A stretch of 64,000 bases of DNA from Malacoraja senta (GCA_038087875.1 CM075993.1:5644001-5708000); one strand, 5' to 3'; positions 51,028-63,612 are shown, numbered from the stretch's first letter. Notes: generated by a model from the sequence alone, not told the origin. Program-made: numbers and translations.

Positions 51028-51569
51028 AGGGGCTGTCCCACTTGGGCGACCTAATTGGCGAGTTTAGAAGAGTTTAGGAGAGTTTGAAAAAATGACATGT
51101 TGAAGAGCTCCTTCGACTATGTTGAAGACTAGCTACGACTAGCTACGACTAACTTCGGGAAAATTGGACACCGAATAGTGGAGAGTGAAGACGACCTCCT
51201 TCGACCTCCTTCCACCTCCCTTCGACTATGATGAAGACTATCTACGACTACCTTTGACTACCTTCGACTACCCTCGATTACCTACGACTAACATGCCGAC
51301 CTACTACGACCTACTACAACTAAACCTACGAGTAAAAAAAGTATCGATATTTTCCATGGCGACCTTTTTTTTACTCGCGGGCATTTTTCAACATGTTGAA
51401 AAATACGCCGTGACCTAGCTGAGGCCTCGAGTACGCGGGGACTACTCTCGAGCATGCAGGAGAGTTACAAAGACCTCCTAGGACCTCGTGTCGACCATGC
51501 TGCGGGTACGAGTCGAGGGCAAACTCGCTAGAACTCGCGGATTAGGTCGCCCAAGTGGGACAGGCCCCT
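51028..51569. mobile_element. Harbinger-like MITE (subfamily C) inside a SINE
   Basis: TIRs aggggctgtcccacttgggcgacctaat / attaggtcgcccaagtgggacaggcccct, with internal CGACTA-like repeats. Confidence 0.82.
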
Positions 51570-51792
51570 TAACATTATCCCACACACACACTAGGGACAA
51601 TTTATATTTATGCCAAGCCAATTAAGCTGCAAACCTGCAACGTCTTTGGAATGTTGGGGGAGCCCGGAGCTCCCGGAGAAAACCCACGTGGTCACAGGGA
51701 GAACGCCACCTCGTGCGACTGGGACATCTGGGGTTCAATGGGGGCATATCCTCCCAGTCTGACTTGGCCATGGGTTGAATAACAACACTAAG

Positions 51793-52309
51793 GGGCGGCA
51801 CGGTGGTGCAGCGATAGTGTTGCTTCCTTACAGTGCCAGAGACCCGGGTTCGATCCTGACTATGGCTGCTCATAAGCTCATAAGTGATAGCAGTAGAATT
51901 GGGCCACTCGGCCCATCAAGTCTACTCAGCCATTCAAACATGGCTGATCTATCTCTCCCTGCTAACCACATTCTCCCACCTTCACCCCCTGACACCTGTC
52001 CTAATCAAGAACCATTGAGTGCTGTTGGAACGGAGTTTGTACGTTCTCCCCGTGACCGTGTGGGTTTTCCCCGGGTGCCCTGGTTTCCTCCCACACTCCA
52101 AAGACGTGCAGGTTCGTCAGTTAATTGGCTTCGGTAAAGATTGTAAATTGTCCCGAGTGTGTGTAGGATGGTGCTAGAGTAGAAGGATCGCTGGTCAATA
52201 GACAATAGACCAATAGGCGCAGGAGTAGGCCATTCGGCCCTTTGAGCTGTCGGCACAGACTCGGTGGGCCAAAGGGCCTGTTTCCGCGCTGCATCTCTAA
52301 ACTAAACTA
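51793..52309 (+). mobile_element. HE1 SINE with two short nested CR1 tails
   Basis: Head at 51793, V-domain from about 52020, tail (aaact)n. Confidence 0.75.
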
Positions 52310-53829
52310 GGTTACCATTTGGACCAGACACATAACTGAATAAAATAGAGTTACCCAGACTACCGCTGCTCATGAGATCATCTTCGTTCAGACAGAAGGG
52401 AAAGTCAGACCCTATCATTTTGTATAACCCACACAGCCTGCAGTGGTCAGATACCAGGGAGATAATTGAAACGGAAAACCACCAGCTTCCCCTTCCAAGG
52501 ACACTGACGGAGTCTGTCTGAAGGGTTCACTCAGCGAGGACGTGCAAAATGGGTGCTTACGTAGAACGGAAATAAGCTGTGCCATCCCTCGCCCCATAAT
52601 GTGTTGGTAATGGTCCACATCACCTTCCTTCCATTGCGACCATCACCCCACCTTTCTAGCACGAAACAGAGTGCTGGAGGAACTCAGCAGGCCAGGCATT
52701 ATCTGTGGAGGCCATGGACAGACAATGTTTCGGGCCGGGACACTTCTTCGTCCTTAACAAAGCTTATACCCCCTACATCAGTCTGAAGAAGGGTTCCAAC
52801 CTGAAACCTAGAACGGAGACGAGGAAACACTTTTTCTCACAGAGAGTGGTGAGTCTGTGGAATTCCCTGCCTCAGAGGGCGGTGGAGGCCGGTTCTCTGG
52901 ATGCTTTCAAGAGAGAGCTAGATAGGGCTCTTAAGGATAGCGGAGTCAGGGGATATGGGGAGAAGGCAGGAACGGGGTACTGATTGGGGATGATCAGACA
53001 TTGAATAGCGGTGCTGGCTCGAAGGGCCGAATGGCCTATTGTCTATTGTCAATTGAAACAACGTCTGTCCATTCTTCCACTGATGCCGCCCGACCTGTTG
53101 AGTTCCTCCAGCACGTTGTTTTTTCCCCCCTCAAGATCCCAGCATCTGCAGTTCTGTGTGTGTGTCTACCCCATCCTTCAGTATCTCCCCCAACAACTTC
53201 CCAGTGTTGGTCACCTTGACCAATGGCTCAATGGTGGTTTATTTCAAATGCACAGTGAAATTCTTTCTTACAGGCCAGTAGAGTATCCCCAATTAGAAAA
53301 GTGCACAGAAAAATATTCTACTGATCCCGCATGCGAGGCGCCATGTTTGGTACCATTTTCATGGTCCAGTCCGCACTCTAGTTCTTATGAGCGTTGCCCG
53401 ATCTACTCAAGCCCCAGGCTGCTGCGGGGCCTCCAGCCATCGCCTTCCCTTGGACGTGCGGATCGACGAGCGAACCCAAGTCCCTCTCCTCGCCCGTCCA
53501 CCTTGGTGGGGCACGGGGGACACCTCCTGCAGCCGACCCTGAAGGTGCGTTAGAGGCCATTCCCCAGTTCCCCTCTCCCATCGGACTTGCTCCTCGCCTG
53601 TCACGTCCCACGTCATCGCTGGCTCCAATCCTCCCCGGCCTCTGGTCGTCGGGGAAGAGCAGGAACCGTTCGGCAGCTTCAACCCCTCCTGTGGGTTCGT
53701 GCATCCGCCCATGTGGGACAAGTGAGGTTGGCTCAGCGGCTTCCCCGCAAACAGGCCGAGGCCCACTGCGAGCGAGTTCCATGAAAATAAATTTATTTTA
53801 AATTCCCGATTGGATTTATCAGGGACTGG

Positions 53830-54164
53830 TTAGTTTAGTTTAGTTTGGTGTGGTTTAGTTTAGAGATACAGCGCTGAAACAGGCCCTTCGGCCCACCGGG
53901 TCCACACCGACCAGCGATCCCTGCACACGAACACTATCCGACACACACTAGGGACAATTTACATTTCTACCAAGTGTACAAACACAAACCAATTAACCTA
54001 CAAGCCTCTTTGGAGTGTGGGAGGTAATCAAAGATCCTGGAGAAAACCCACGCGGTCACGGGGGAGAACGCACAAACTCCACACAGACAGCACCCGTAGT
54101 CAGGATCGAACCGGGGTCTCGAGCGCTTTAAGGCAGCAACTCTACCGCTGCACCACCGTGCCAC
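53830..54164 (-). mobile_element. HE1-type V-SINE, full length
   Basis: Head, V-domain and tail present. Confidence 0.88.
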
Positions 54165-54289
54165 CCATTTATCATTTATCATTTACCAGCACAATCTAAA
54201 TGGGCTGAATGGCCTCCTGAGTCATAAATGTTCTGACGTTGTACGATACGGACTTCTTGGCTTTAATCTCCAACTTTATTGTGTTCATT

Positions 54290-54775
54290 CCTTGGCACCA
54301 GGTTGTAGGGAAGATGTTGTTACGTTGGAAAGAGTACAGAGAAGATTCACAAGGATGTTGCCAGGACTCAAGGGGCTGAGCTATAGGGAGAGGTTGAGCA
54401 GGCTGGAACTCTAGGCTCTGGATCACAGGAGCACGAGGGGTGATCTTATGGAGGTGTATAAAATCAGGAGTGGAATAAATAGGGTAGGCACACAGTCTCT
54501 TGCCCAGAGTAGGGGAATCGAGAACCAGAGGGCATAGGTTTAAGGGGGAAAGATTTTATAGGAATCTGAGGGGTGACTGTTTCGCACTAAGGGTGGTGTA
54601 TGTCTGGTACGAGCTTCCGTTGGAGGTAGTTGAGGAACGCAATGTTTAAGAAGCAATTAGACAGGTACATGGATAGGACAGGTTTGGAGGGAGATGGGCC
54701 AAACGCAAACAGTGTAGATGGGACATGTTGGTCGGTGTGGGCCGAAGGGCCTGTTTCCACTCTGTATGACTCTAT
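54290..54775 (+). mobile_element. CR1 3' fragment (diverged)
   Basis: Translates as ERVQRRFTRMLPGLKGLSYRERLSRL. Confidence 0.8.
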
Positions 54776-57309
54776 GCCTCCAGAGGAAAGACAGTGTTGA
54801 TGCTTTTACAATATTGTTTCATTATTTCCGCACTTTTCCAATTGAATTGTGGGGCCAGACATGTGCCTGAGTTGGCTTAGTTTTCCGACAGATCAGATAT
54901 ATCCAAGGCAGAGATTTCCAATACATTGAGCACCAGCTGTAATGTGCAGGGACCTTTATTTTAAGGTCAGAATGATAATGTCCTGTTAATGTTCCTTCTG
55001 TATAATTGCAACCATTTCAGTGGAAAGAGGCCAGTATGGGTTCAGTAACATTTAGAGGCTTCAAACGTCAGTGAGTGAGAGCTGCTACAACTAAAAATTA
55101 ACTTTAAATATAGATAAAGCAAAAATGACAATTGAATTTCCATGATATGACTTCTGCACAGCTGATAAATAAGCAAGATAGATACTCCCTCTTTATAAGA
55201 CCATAAGACAATAGACAATAGACAATAGACAATTCGGCCCTTCAAGCCAGCACCGCCATTCAATGTGATCATGGCTCATCATCCCCAATCAGTACCCCGT
55301 TCCTGCCTTCTCCCCATATCCCCTGACTCCGCTATCTTTAAGAGCTGTATCTAACTCTCCTTCTGAACCTTCTGAATTTTGTAGTCGGCAGGGCGGTACT
55401 CTGCATATCGCCAACTTGGACAATTTAAACATTTTTACCAAGCCAATTAAACAAGCCAATTAACCTACATACCTGCACGTCTTTGGAGTGTGGGAGGAAA
55501 CGGAAGATCTCGGAGAAAACCCACGCAGATCACGGGGAGAACGTACAAACTCCATACAGACAGCACCCGTAGTCGGGATCGAACCCGGGTCTCTGGCGCT
55601 GCATTTTGCTGTAAGGCAGCAACTCTACCGCTGCGCCACCGTGACGGCCCCAACTCTCTCCTGAAAGCATCCAGAGAATTGGCCTCCACTGCCTTCTGAG
55701 GCAGGGAATTCCACAGATTCACAACTCTCTGGGTGAAAAAGTTCTTCCTCATCTCCGTTCTAAGTGGCCTACCCCTTATTCTTAAGTCGTAGTGTATGAA
55801 ATCATGAGAGGAATAGATTGTGTAGACGCGCAGAGTCTCTTGCCCAGAGTTGGGCAATGGAGAAGCAGAGGACATAGGTTTAAGGTGAGGGGGGAAAGAT
55901 TTAATAGGGTCACTTTGTCACGCAGAGGGATTAGGTGTATGGAACGAGTTACCAGAGGAGGTAGACAACAAAAGTTGGAGTAACTCAGCGGGATAGGCTG
56001 ATCTGAAACATTTTCCAGAGATGCTGCCTGTCCCACTGATTTACTCCAGCATTTTGTATCTATCCGGTATAAAGGATCAGGATTGCTCCCTAGTTGGTGA
56101 AAGAATGGTTCAAAGGCTTGATAACAGCTGGAAAGAAACTGTCCCTGAATCTGGAAGCAGATACTAAATGCTGGAGTAACTCAGCGGGTCAGGCAGCATC
56201 TCAGGAGAAACGGAATAGGTGACGTTCGGGTCGAGACTGAAATAAGTCTGGAATATAAAGCCGGTCTCATTGACGTCAACTGTGAAGTTGCTGGAGATTT
56301 TTTAACCCGTCTGCTTCAACGCTGTCCTTCGGAGCGGGATGTTCGTAATCTGACTCTGGACACACCAAGGCGGTTGATTATTCAACATTAACAATTAAAA
56401 ACAAAAAAAAAGACACAAAGTGCTGGAGTAACTCAGCGGGACAGGCAGCATCTGTGGGGAGAGGGAATGGGTGACGTTTCGGGTCGAGGCCCTCCTTCAG
56501 ACTGAACGTCACGGGAAAGGGAAACGAAAGAACGTCACCCATTCCTTCTCCCCACAGAGGCTGCCTGTCCCGCTGAGTTACTCCAGCTTTTTGAGTCTAT
56601 CCAATTTACCAGACTTGTTCAGAAGGGTCCCAATTCAAAACGTTTTGTTTTGTAAAACAATTCCTTGCTTCAAGAGTTAAAGACTTTTCGACGGGTACAT
56701 GGATGGGAACAGTTTAAAGGGATATGGGCCAAACTATTAATAGTTTAGTGTGGGTGCTGGGGGGTTATGGGGGGGGAAGGCAGGAGAATGGGGTTAGGAG
56801 GGAAAGATAGATCAGCCATGATCACATTGAATGGTGGTGCTGGCTCGAAGGGCGAATGGCCTACTCCTGCACCTATTGTCTATTGTCTATAGACTCCATG
56901 GGCTGAATGACCTAGAAACATAGAAACATAGAAAATAGGTGCAGGAGTAGGCCATTCGGCCCTTCGAGCCTACACCGCCATTCAATGTGATCATGGCTGA
57001 TCATCCAACTCAGTATCCCGTACCTGCCTTCTCTCCATACCCCCTGATCCCTTTAGCCACAAGGGCCACATCTAACTCCCTCTTAAATATAGCCAATGAA
57101 CTGGCTAATTCTACTCCTACAACCTATGAACAAACATGCACAGGTAGGATTAGCGTAGATGGGGCATCTTGGCCGGCATGGACAAGTTGGGCTGAATGGC
57201 CTGTTGCCGTGCTGTATGACTCCATGCTGTTACTACATGACTCAGCAGGTCACATAGTCAGGGAAGAGATTTTGGGATTGGCCTAGTAAACAGAAATAGA
57301 ACAGTACAG

Positions 57310-57509
57310 NNNNNNNNNNNNNNNNNNNNNNNNNNNNNNNNNNNNNNNNNNNNNNNNNNNNNNNNNNNNNNNNNNNNNNNNNNNNNNNNNNNNNNNNNNN
57401 NNNNNNNNNNNNNNNNNNNNNNNNNNNNNNNNNNNNNNNNNNNNNNNNNNNNNNNNNNNNNNNNNNNNNNNNNNNNNNNNNNNNNNNNNNNNNNNNNNNN
57501 NNNNNNNNN
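57310..57509. other. Assembly gap (200 N)
   Basis: Run of N characters. Confidence 1.
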
Positions 57510-57884
57510 TTTACTTTAGACTTTAGAGATACAGCATGGCAGAGCTAGCGTAGACATCCAGAACAATTGATTCTAGGGTGGAAATGTCAGAGACTAGTGG
57601 GCATAGCTTGATAGTGAGTGGGGGAAAGTATAAAGGAGAAGAGTGGCGCGTTTTTTTAATACAGAGGGTGGTGAGTGCCTTGAAACACACTGGCAGCAAT
57701 GGTAGATATATGGTTTAAGAGGCTTTTAGATAGGCTTTTGAATATGCAGGGAATGGAGGGATATGGACCATGTGTAGGTGGAGGCGATTAGTTTAACTTG
57801 GTGTCATGTACAGCATAGCCAATGTGGGCCGAAGGGGCCTGTTACTATGTTGTACTGTTCTATGTGTGTTTATTCATTTTAAGT

Positions 57885-58479
57885 GTTCTCTGCCTCAGAG
57901 GGCGGTGGAGGCAGGTTCTCTGGATGCTTTCAAGAGAGAGCTAGATAGGGGCTCTTAAAGATAGCGGAGTCAGGGGATATGGGGAGAAGGCAGGAACGGG
58001 GTACTGATTGGGGATGATCAGCCATGATCACATTTGAATGGCGGTGCTGGCTCGAAGGGCCGAATGGCCTACTCCTGCACCTATTGTCTATTGTCTATTG
58101 TCTATTGTATCTCCACTCTATCCCACCCTTCCGAAAGTTCACTCCTTTGAAAAACAATTGTCCTGCATCGCATCTTTAGTTTGGAGATACAGCGTGGAAA
58201 CAGGCCCTTCGGCCCACCGAGTCCATGCCGTCCAGCGATCCCCGCACACCAGCGCTATCCTACACACTAGGGGCAATTTGCAATTTTTACCAACGCCAAA
58301 TTAACCTACAAACCTGCACGTCCTTGGAGTGTGGGAGGAAACCAGAGCACCCAGAGAAAGCCCACACGGGTCACGGGGAGAACGTACAAACTCCTACAGA
58401 CAGAACCCGTGGTTAAGATCGCACCCGGGTCTCTGGTGCTGTAAGGCAGCAACTCTACCGCTGCCTCACCGTGCCGCCC
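57885..58479. mobile_element. CR1 3' end (+, 57885-58108) followed by an HE1 SINE (-, 58175-58479)
   Basis: Homologous to other copies in the window. Confidence 0.82.
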
Positions 58480-59684
58480 ACAGAGCGATGTATAAACCAC
58501 TGTTATGGCGTTAAACAATGCTGTCTAGTTCTGCTCATGAATCTATCTCTCTCTATCAGAGGGGCAGTGTGAAGGGAATGCCACACTGTCAGAAGGAGGG
58601 GTCGGTAGGTCCTGCATTCTGTGGGTGGGATACTGAGAGCGATCTCAGGCCTTGCTAATCCCCATGGATGGACACAAACAGCTGGAGTAACTCAGCGGGT
58701 CAGGCAGCATCTCTCGTGCTAAAACATCACCCATTCCTTTTCTCCAGAGATGCTGCCTGTCCCGCTGAGATACTCCAGCTTTTTGTGTCTATCTTCAGTT
58801 TAAACCAGCATCTGCAGTTCCTTCCCACACATCTTGTCTAAACCCACGGAAGTGTTATTGGTGAGTTGTTGACCCGAGACTCCGTCTCTCTTTGTGTGTG
58901 ATGGTGAAGATTGTAAAGAAAATGAATGTTTAAAGAAGGAACTGCAGATGCTGGAAAATCGAAGGTAGACTAAAATGCTGGAGAAACTCAGCGCGTGAGG
59001 CAGCATCTGTGCAGCGAAGGAAATAGGCGACGTTTCGGGTTTAAGACACTTCTTCAGTCTGAAGAACGGTCTCGACCCGAAATAAATTTAATGGCTCAGT
59101 TTGGAGAGGTTTCTTGAAAGCAATCTCACTGAAACAACTTTTATTATCCTAATACATTATTATCATTATCACAGCGTTATCAGACTACTGAATAATCTTC
59201 CAACCTACCCCATTATTAACCTTGGATATTTTCTTAGTAAGCGTGGCATATTCCGCACTCTGGTAATTTTCTATTTGCACTACCTGTTGTAAGTGTGTGT
59301 GTATGTGGCTCAATTCTACCTGTCTTTAGTTTGAATTGACATAAGCTTTTTCATTGTATCTCGTTGTACACGACTATAATAGACCAATATTTTAACGTTT
59401 GTCGGAGCTGGCTATGTGCAAGTTACCTTTTCCTTCAACTGAACCACTGCTTCGAGTCATACCCCATTCCTTCCGTGCCCCATCTAAGCTAGTCCCATTT
59501 TCCCGCATTTGGCCCATATCCCTCTAAACCTTTCGTATGCATGTACCCTGTCCAAGTGCCTTTTAAGTGTTCTGAAGATGTAGGCGTACCTTGCTGGTGA
59601 GAGGAGAGGTGGTTTCCGCCCTTCATTTAACCTTCACATCTGATTGATAACTGCTGTTAAAATGTCGAGGTGTCAAAGTCTGGA

Positions 59685-60490
59685 GACAGGGATACAGCGC
59701 GGAAACACGCTCTTCGGTCCACTGAGTCCGCGCCCGAACAGCGATCACCACCCACACTAGGGACAATTCACAATCTTCACCCAAGGCATTTAACCTACAA
59801 GCCTGTACGGCTTTGGAGTGTGGGAGGAGAACCCACATGGTCACAGGGAGAACGCACAGACTCCGTGCCGACAGCACCCGTGGTCAGGATTGAACCTGAG
59901 ACACTGGTGCTGTAAGGCAGCAACTTCTACCGCTGCGCCACCGTGCCGCCCCTTCTGGGAAGGTGTATATGTGTGTGCAGTGTTGGGTACTACTGGACCA
60001 ACAACGAGTTTAGACAGATGGAGACACGAGATGCTGGGACCCTGCATGGAACTCAAAATGCTGGGGTAACTCAGCGGGTCAGGCAGCATCTCTGGAGGAC
60101 ATGGATAGGTAATGTTGGGGGTCAGGACTAGTCTGAAGAAGTGTCCCAACACAAAATAATCGGCTATCCGTACCCTCCGGAGATGCCGCCTGACCCGCTG
60201 AGTTACTCGAAGTAAAGTTTTTAGTTTCGTTTAGAGATACTGCATGGAAATGGTGCCTTCACCCCACTGAGTCCAAGCCGAGCATCGATCACCAGGTCTA
60301 ATATTATCCCACATTCTCATCCACTCCCTACACTCTGAGGGCAATTTACAGATGAACCTACAAACGCACGTCTTTGGGACGTGGGAGGAAACCGGAGGAA
60401 TCCCAAGCGGTCACGGGGAGAACGTACAATCTCCGTACAGACGGCACCCGGGGCCAGGATCGAACCTGGGCCTCTAGCGCCATGAGGAAG
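59685..60490 (-). mobile_element. Two HE1 SINEs (59685-59951, 60218-60490) with a Penelope-derived inverted pair between them
   Basis: Homologous to other copies in the window. Confidence 0.75.
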
Positions 60491-60741
60491 CAGATGTGTC
60501 AGCTTTGGTTTGTGCCTGTGAGTCACTGTTGCCGGGCACAATTTTTGCGGTCGAAGATGGGTACACAAGATGCTGGAGTAACTCAGCGGGACGGGCAGCC
60601 AACATCTCCGGAGAGAAGGAATGGGTGACGTTTCGGGTCGAGACCCTTCTTGCGTCGTGGCGTTTTGGTTTCACGGTCTATCTCAGTGTGCCCATGCTCT
60701 AACCTGATCTACAATCAATGTGTGTCCTTGTCTTTCCCCAG

Positions 60742-60824
60742 GCCAGAAGACACTCCACCACAGGAGTGATGAGCTGGAGTCCGTGGTCCTGGTAAACCCC
60801 ACAGAGCACACTGTCGCCTCAGAG
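60742..60824 (+). CDS. MAP1A: MAP1A-like coding exon (equivalent to exon 3), 83 bp
   Basis: Acceptor ccttgtctttccccag and donor GAG|gtaact. Phase 1 to 0, reading (G)QKTLHHRSDELESVVLVNPTEHTVASE, compared with MAP1B GQKILHHRSDVLETVVLINPS. Confidence 0.93.
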
Positions 60825-60884
60825 GTAACTGCCCCCCCTGCCCTCCCTCTCCCCTCCCCTCCGCCCCATCCTTTCTGTTGTTTG

Positions 60885-61867
60885 GTTTCAAGAGAGAGTT
60901 AGATTTAGCTCTAAGGGCTAACGGAATCCAGGGAAATGGGGAGAAAGCAGGAACGTGAGGAATTGATTCTGGCTGATCAGCCATGATCATATTGAATGGG
61001 TCGTAGGGCCGATTGGCCTACTCCTGCACTTATTTTCTACCCACATCCCATGAATTAATAATTCAAAAGAGAGACTCTATTATCTCAGTAGCTCAGTGGC
61101 TATTGTGTCATTGCATTAGGGAGAACGCATCACATGGCCTCAAACTAGAATGGAGATGAGGATGAATTTCTAAAGCCAGAGGAAGTGAATCTGTGGAGTT
61201 CATTGCCACAGACGGCTGTGGAGGCCAAGTCAATGGGGATTTTTAAAGCGGAGATTTCTAGGTCCTTGATAAGTAAGGGCGCTCCAAGGTTACGGAGAGA
61301 AGGCAGGAGAATGGTGTTGAGAGGGAAAGTAGATCAGCCACGATTGAATGGGAGGAGCAGACTCGATGGGCCGAATGGCCTAATTCTGCTAATTTGAGGA
61401 AAGACATTCTTGCTATTGAGGGAGTGCAGAGTAGGTTCACCAGGATAATTCCCGGGATGGCGGGACTGACATAGGATGAAAGAATGGGTCGACTGGGCTT
61501 GTATTCACTGGAATTTAGACGGATGAGAGGGGACCTTATAGAGACATTTAGCATTCTTAAGGGATTGGACAGGCTAGATGCCGGAAAAATGTTCCCGATG
61601 TTGGGGGAGTCCAGAATCAGGGGTCACAGTTTCAGAATAAGGGTAGGCCATTTAGGACTGAGATGAGGAAAGACTTTTCACCCAGGGAGTTGTGAATCTG
61701 TGGAATTCTCTGCCACAGAAGGCAGTGGAGGCCATATCACGGAATGTATTCAAGAGAGAGTTAGATAGAGCTCTTCGGGCTAACGGAATCAAGGATATGG
61801 GGAGAAAGCAGGAACGGGAGGCGGGTACTAATTTAGGATGATCAGCCATGATCATATTGAATGGCGG
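60885..61867 (+). mobile_element. Three CR1 fragments filling most of the 1.1-kb intron between exons 3 and 4
   Basis: Includes LRKDILAIEGVQSRFTRIIPG.. and RLGLYSLEFRRMRGDLIETF. Confidence 0.85.
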
Positions 61868-61936
61868 AGGGCAGGGGCTGGTGGGGAGGGGTTGGACTCC
61901 CCGTGTGACGTGTGACGCCCTCGGTTCCCGTTTCAG

Positions 61937-62077
61937 GTTCACGCTCTCGTGGCCGACCCGTCCCAGCATAAGCTCCTGATTCTGTGCGGGCAAACGACAG
62001 AACACGGAGGAGACCTGATACTACAGACTGGGACGTACACCTTTCAAAGATTCGTCGAGACCTTTGCAGACACTGAG
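61937..62077 (+). CDS. MAP1A: MAP1A-like coding exon (equivalent to exon 4), 141 bp
   Basis: Acceptor ttcccgtttcag and donor GAG|gtgagc. Phase 0 to 0, reading VHALVADPSQHKLLILCGQTTEHGGDLILQTGTYTFQRFVETFADTE, compared with MAP1A KLLILSGQ..GGDLILQSGTYS. Confidence 0.93.
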
Positions 62078-62549
62078 GTGAGCTTGTGGACTATTAAACA
62101 TTGCAATGGAGTCATACAGCACAGACATGGGCCCTTCAGCCAAAACATGTCCACATTGACCAAGATGCTCCATCTAAGATCCCTATCCCCATTTGCTCAC
62201 TCATGTCCCAAATCCTTCTAATCTAAATCATCTACGCCATCCTACAATCTACCTCATCGGGGACCCTAGGACAACCTTTGATCGGACTTAAGACACAAAA
62301 GCTGGAGTAACTCAGCGGGACACGCAGCATCTGCAGAGAGAAGGAATGGGTGACATTTCGGGTCTCTATTCTTCAATTGGACCCGAAACGTCACCATTCC
62401 TTCTCTCCGGAGACGCTGCCTGTCCCGCTGAGATACCCCATCATTTCTGTGTCTATCTTCGGTGTCAACCAGCATCTGCAGTTCCTTCCTACACATATGG
62501 TCGGACTTTACTGGCTTTACCTTGCACTAAACATTATTCCCATATCTCG

Positions 62550-62774
62550 GGTGGATAAAAATGCTGGAGAAACTCAGCGGGTGCGCCGGCATCTATGGAG
62601 CGAAGGAAATAGGCAACGTTTCGGGCTGAAACCCGGAAGGATAGGCAACGTTTCGGGGACGAAACCCGGAAGGGTTCGGCCCGAAACGTTGCCTATTTCC
62701 TTCGCTCCATAGATGAGTTTCTCCAGCATTTTTGTCTACCTTCGATTTTCAGCATCTGCAGTTCCTTCTTGAAC
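62550..62774. mobile_element. Penelope-derived palindrome
   Basis: Inverted arms with approximate flanking repeat attcc(c)atatc. Confidence 0.75.
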
Positions 62775-63261
62775 ATTCCATATCGTGTATCTGTACACTG
62801 TGAGTGGCTCGATTGTAACCATGTATTGTCTTTCCGCTGGCTGGTTAGCGCTGAACAAAAGCTTTACACGTGGGCAATAAACGAAACTGAAACTACAGCA
62901 CAGAAGCAGGCCCTTCCCGCCAAAACATCGACCAAGGTGTTCCATCTAAGCTACCTCGCGCATGTCCCAAATCCTTCTGAACCTATCTTTGCACGTGCAA
63001 TAATAGCGTGCAGGATAAAGGAGATGGTTTCAAAAATTAGTCACCAGCTTTAAGCATAGAACCAGGCACTCTGCCCCACTTCTGGGGCTTCTGCTGCACC
63101 CCTCCTCTGCTCCTCCATCACTAAGACCTCCTGCCCATTCTCCCTGTGTTTATCCAGCCTCCCCTCAAATGCCTTTGCCTGTCCACCACAACCACATGCA
63201 CTGGGAACAAGGTCCACACGCTGCCTTGTGTCGTCTGTTTCTTTTACCTCCCCAATTCATC

Positions 63262-63612
63262 AGTGATAGGAGCAGAATTAGGCCCTTTGGCCCATCAAGT
63301 CTACCACACCATTCAATCGTGGCTGATCTATCTCTCCCTCTCGACCCCATTCTCCTGCCTTCTCCCCATAACCCCTGACACCCGTACTAATCAAGAATCT
63401 ATCTATCTCTGCCTTAAAAATATCCATTGATTTGGCCTCCACAGCTGTCTGTGGCAATGAATTCCACAGATTCACCACCCTCTGACTAAAGAAATTCCTC
63501 CTCATCTCCTTCCTAAAGGAACGTCTTTAATTCTGAGGCTGTGACCTCTGGTCTTAGACTCTCCCACTAGTGGAAACATCCTCTCCACATCCACTCGATC
63601 CAGGCCTTCACA
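63262..63612 (-). mobile_element. CR1 3' fragment
   Basis: Translates as MRRNFFSQRVVNLWNSLPQTAVEA. Confidence 0.88.

Larger units (their letters stand above)
13908..60741 (+). other. Large intron (about 47 kb, including a gap) of the MAP1A-like gene
   Basis: GT..AG boundaries join exons whose peptides are contiguous in MAP1 proteins (SSEVR-G-QKTL). No other recognisable MAP1 coding exon lies between them. Confidence 0.85.
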
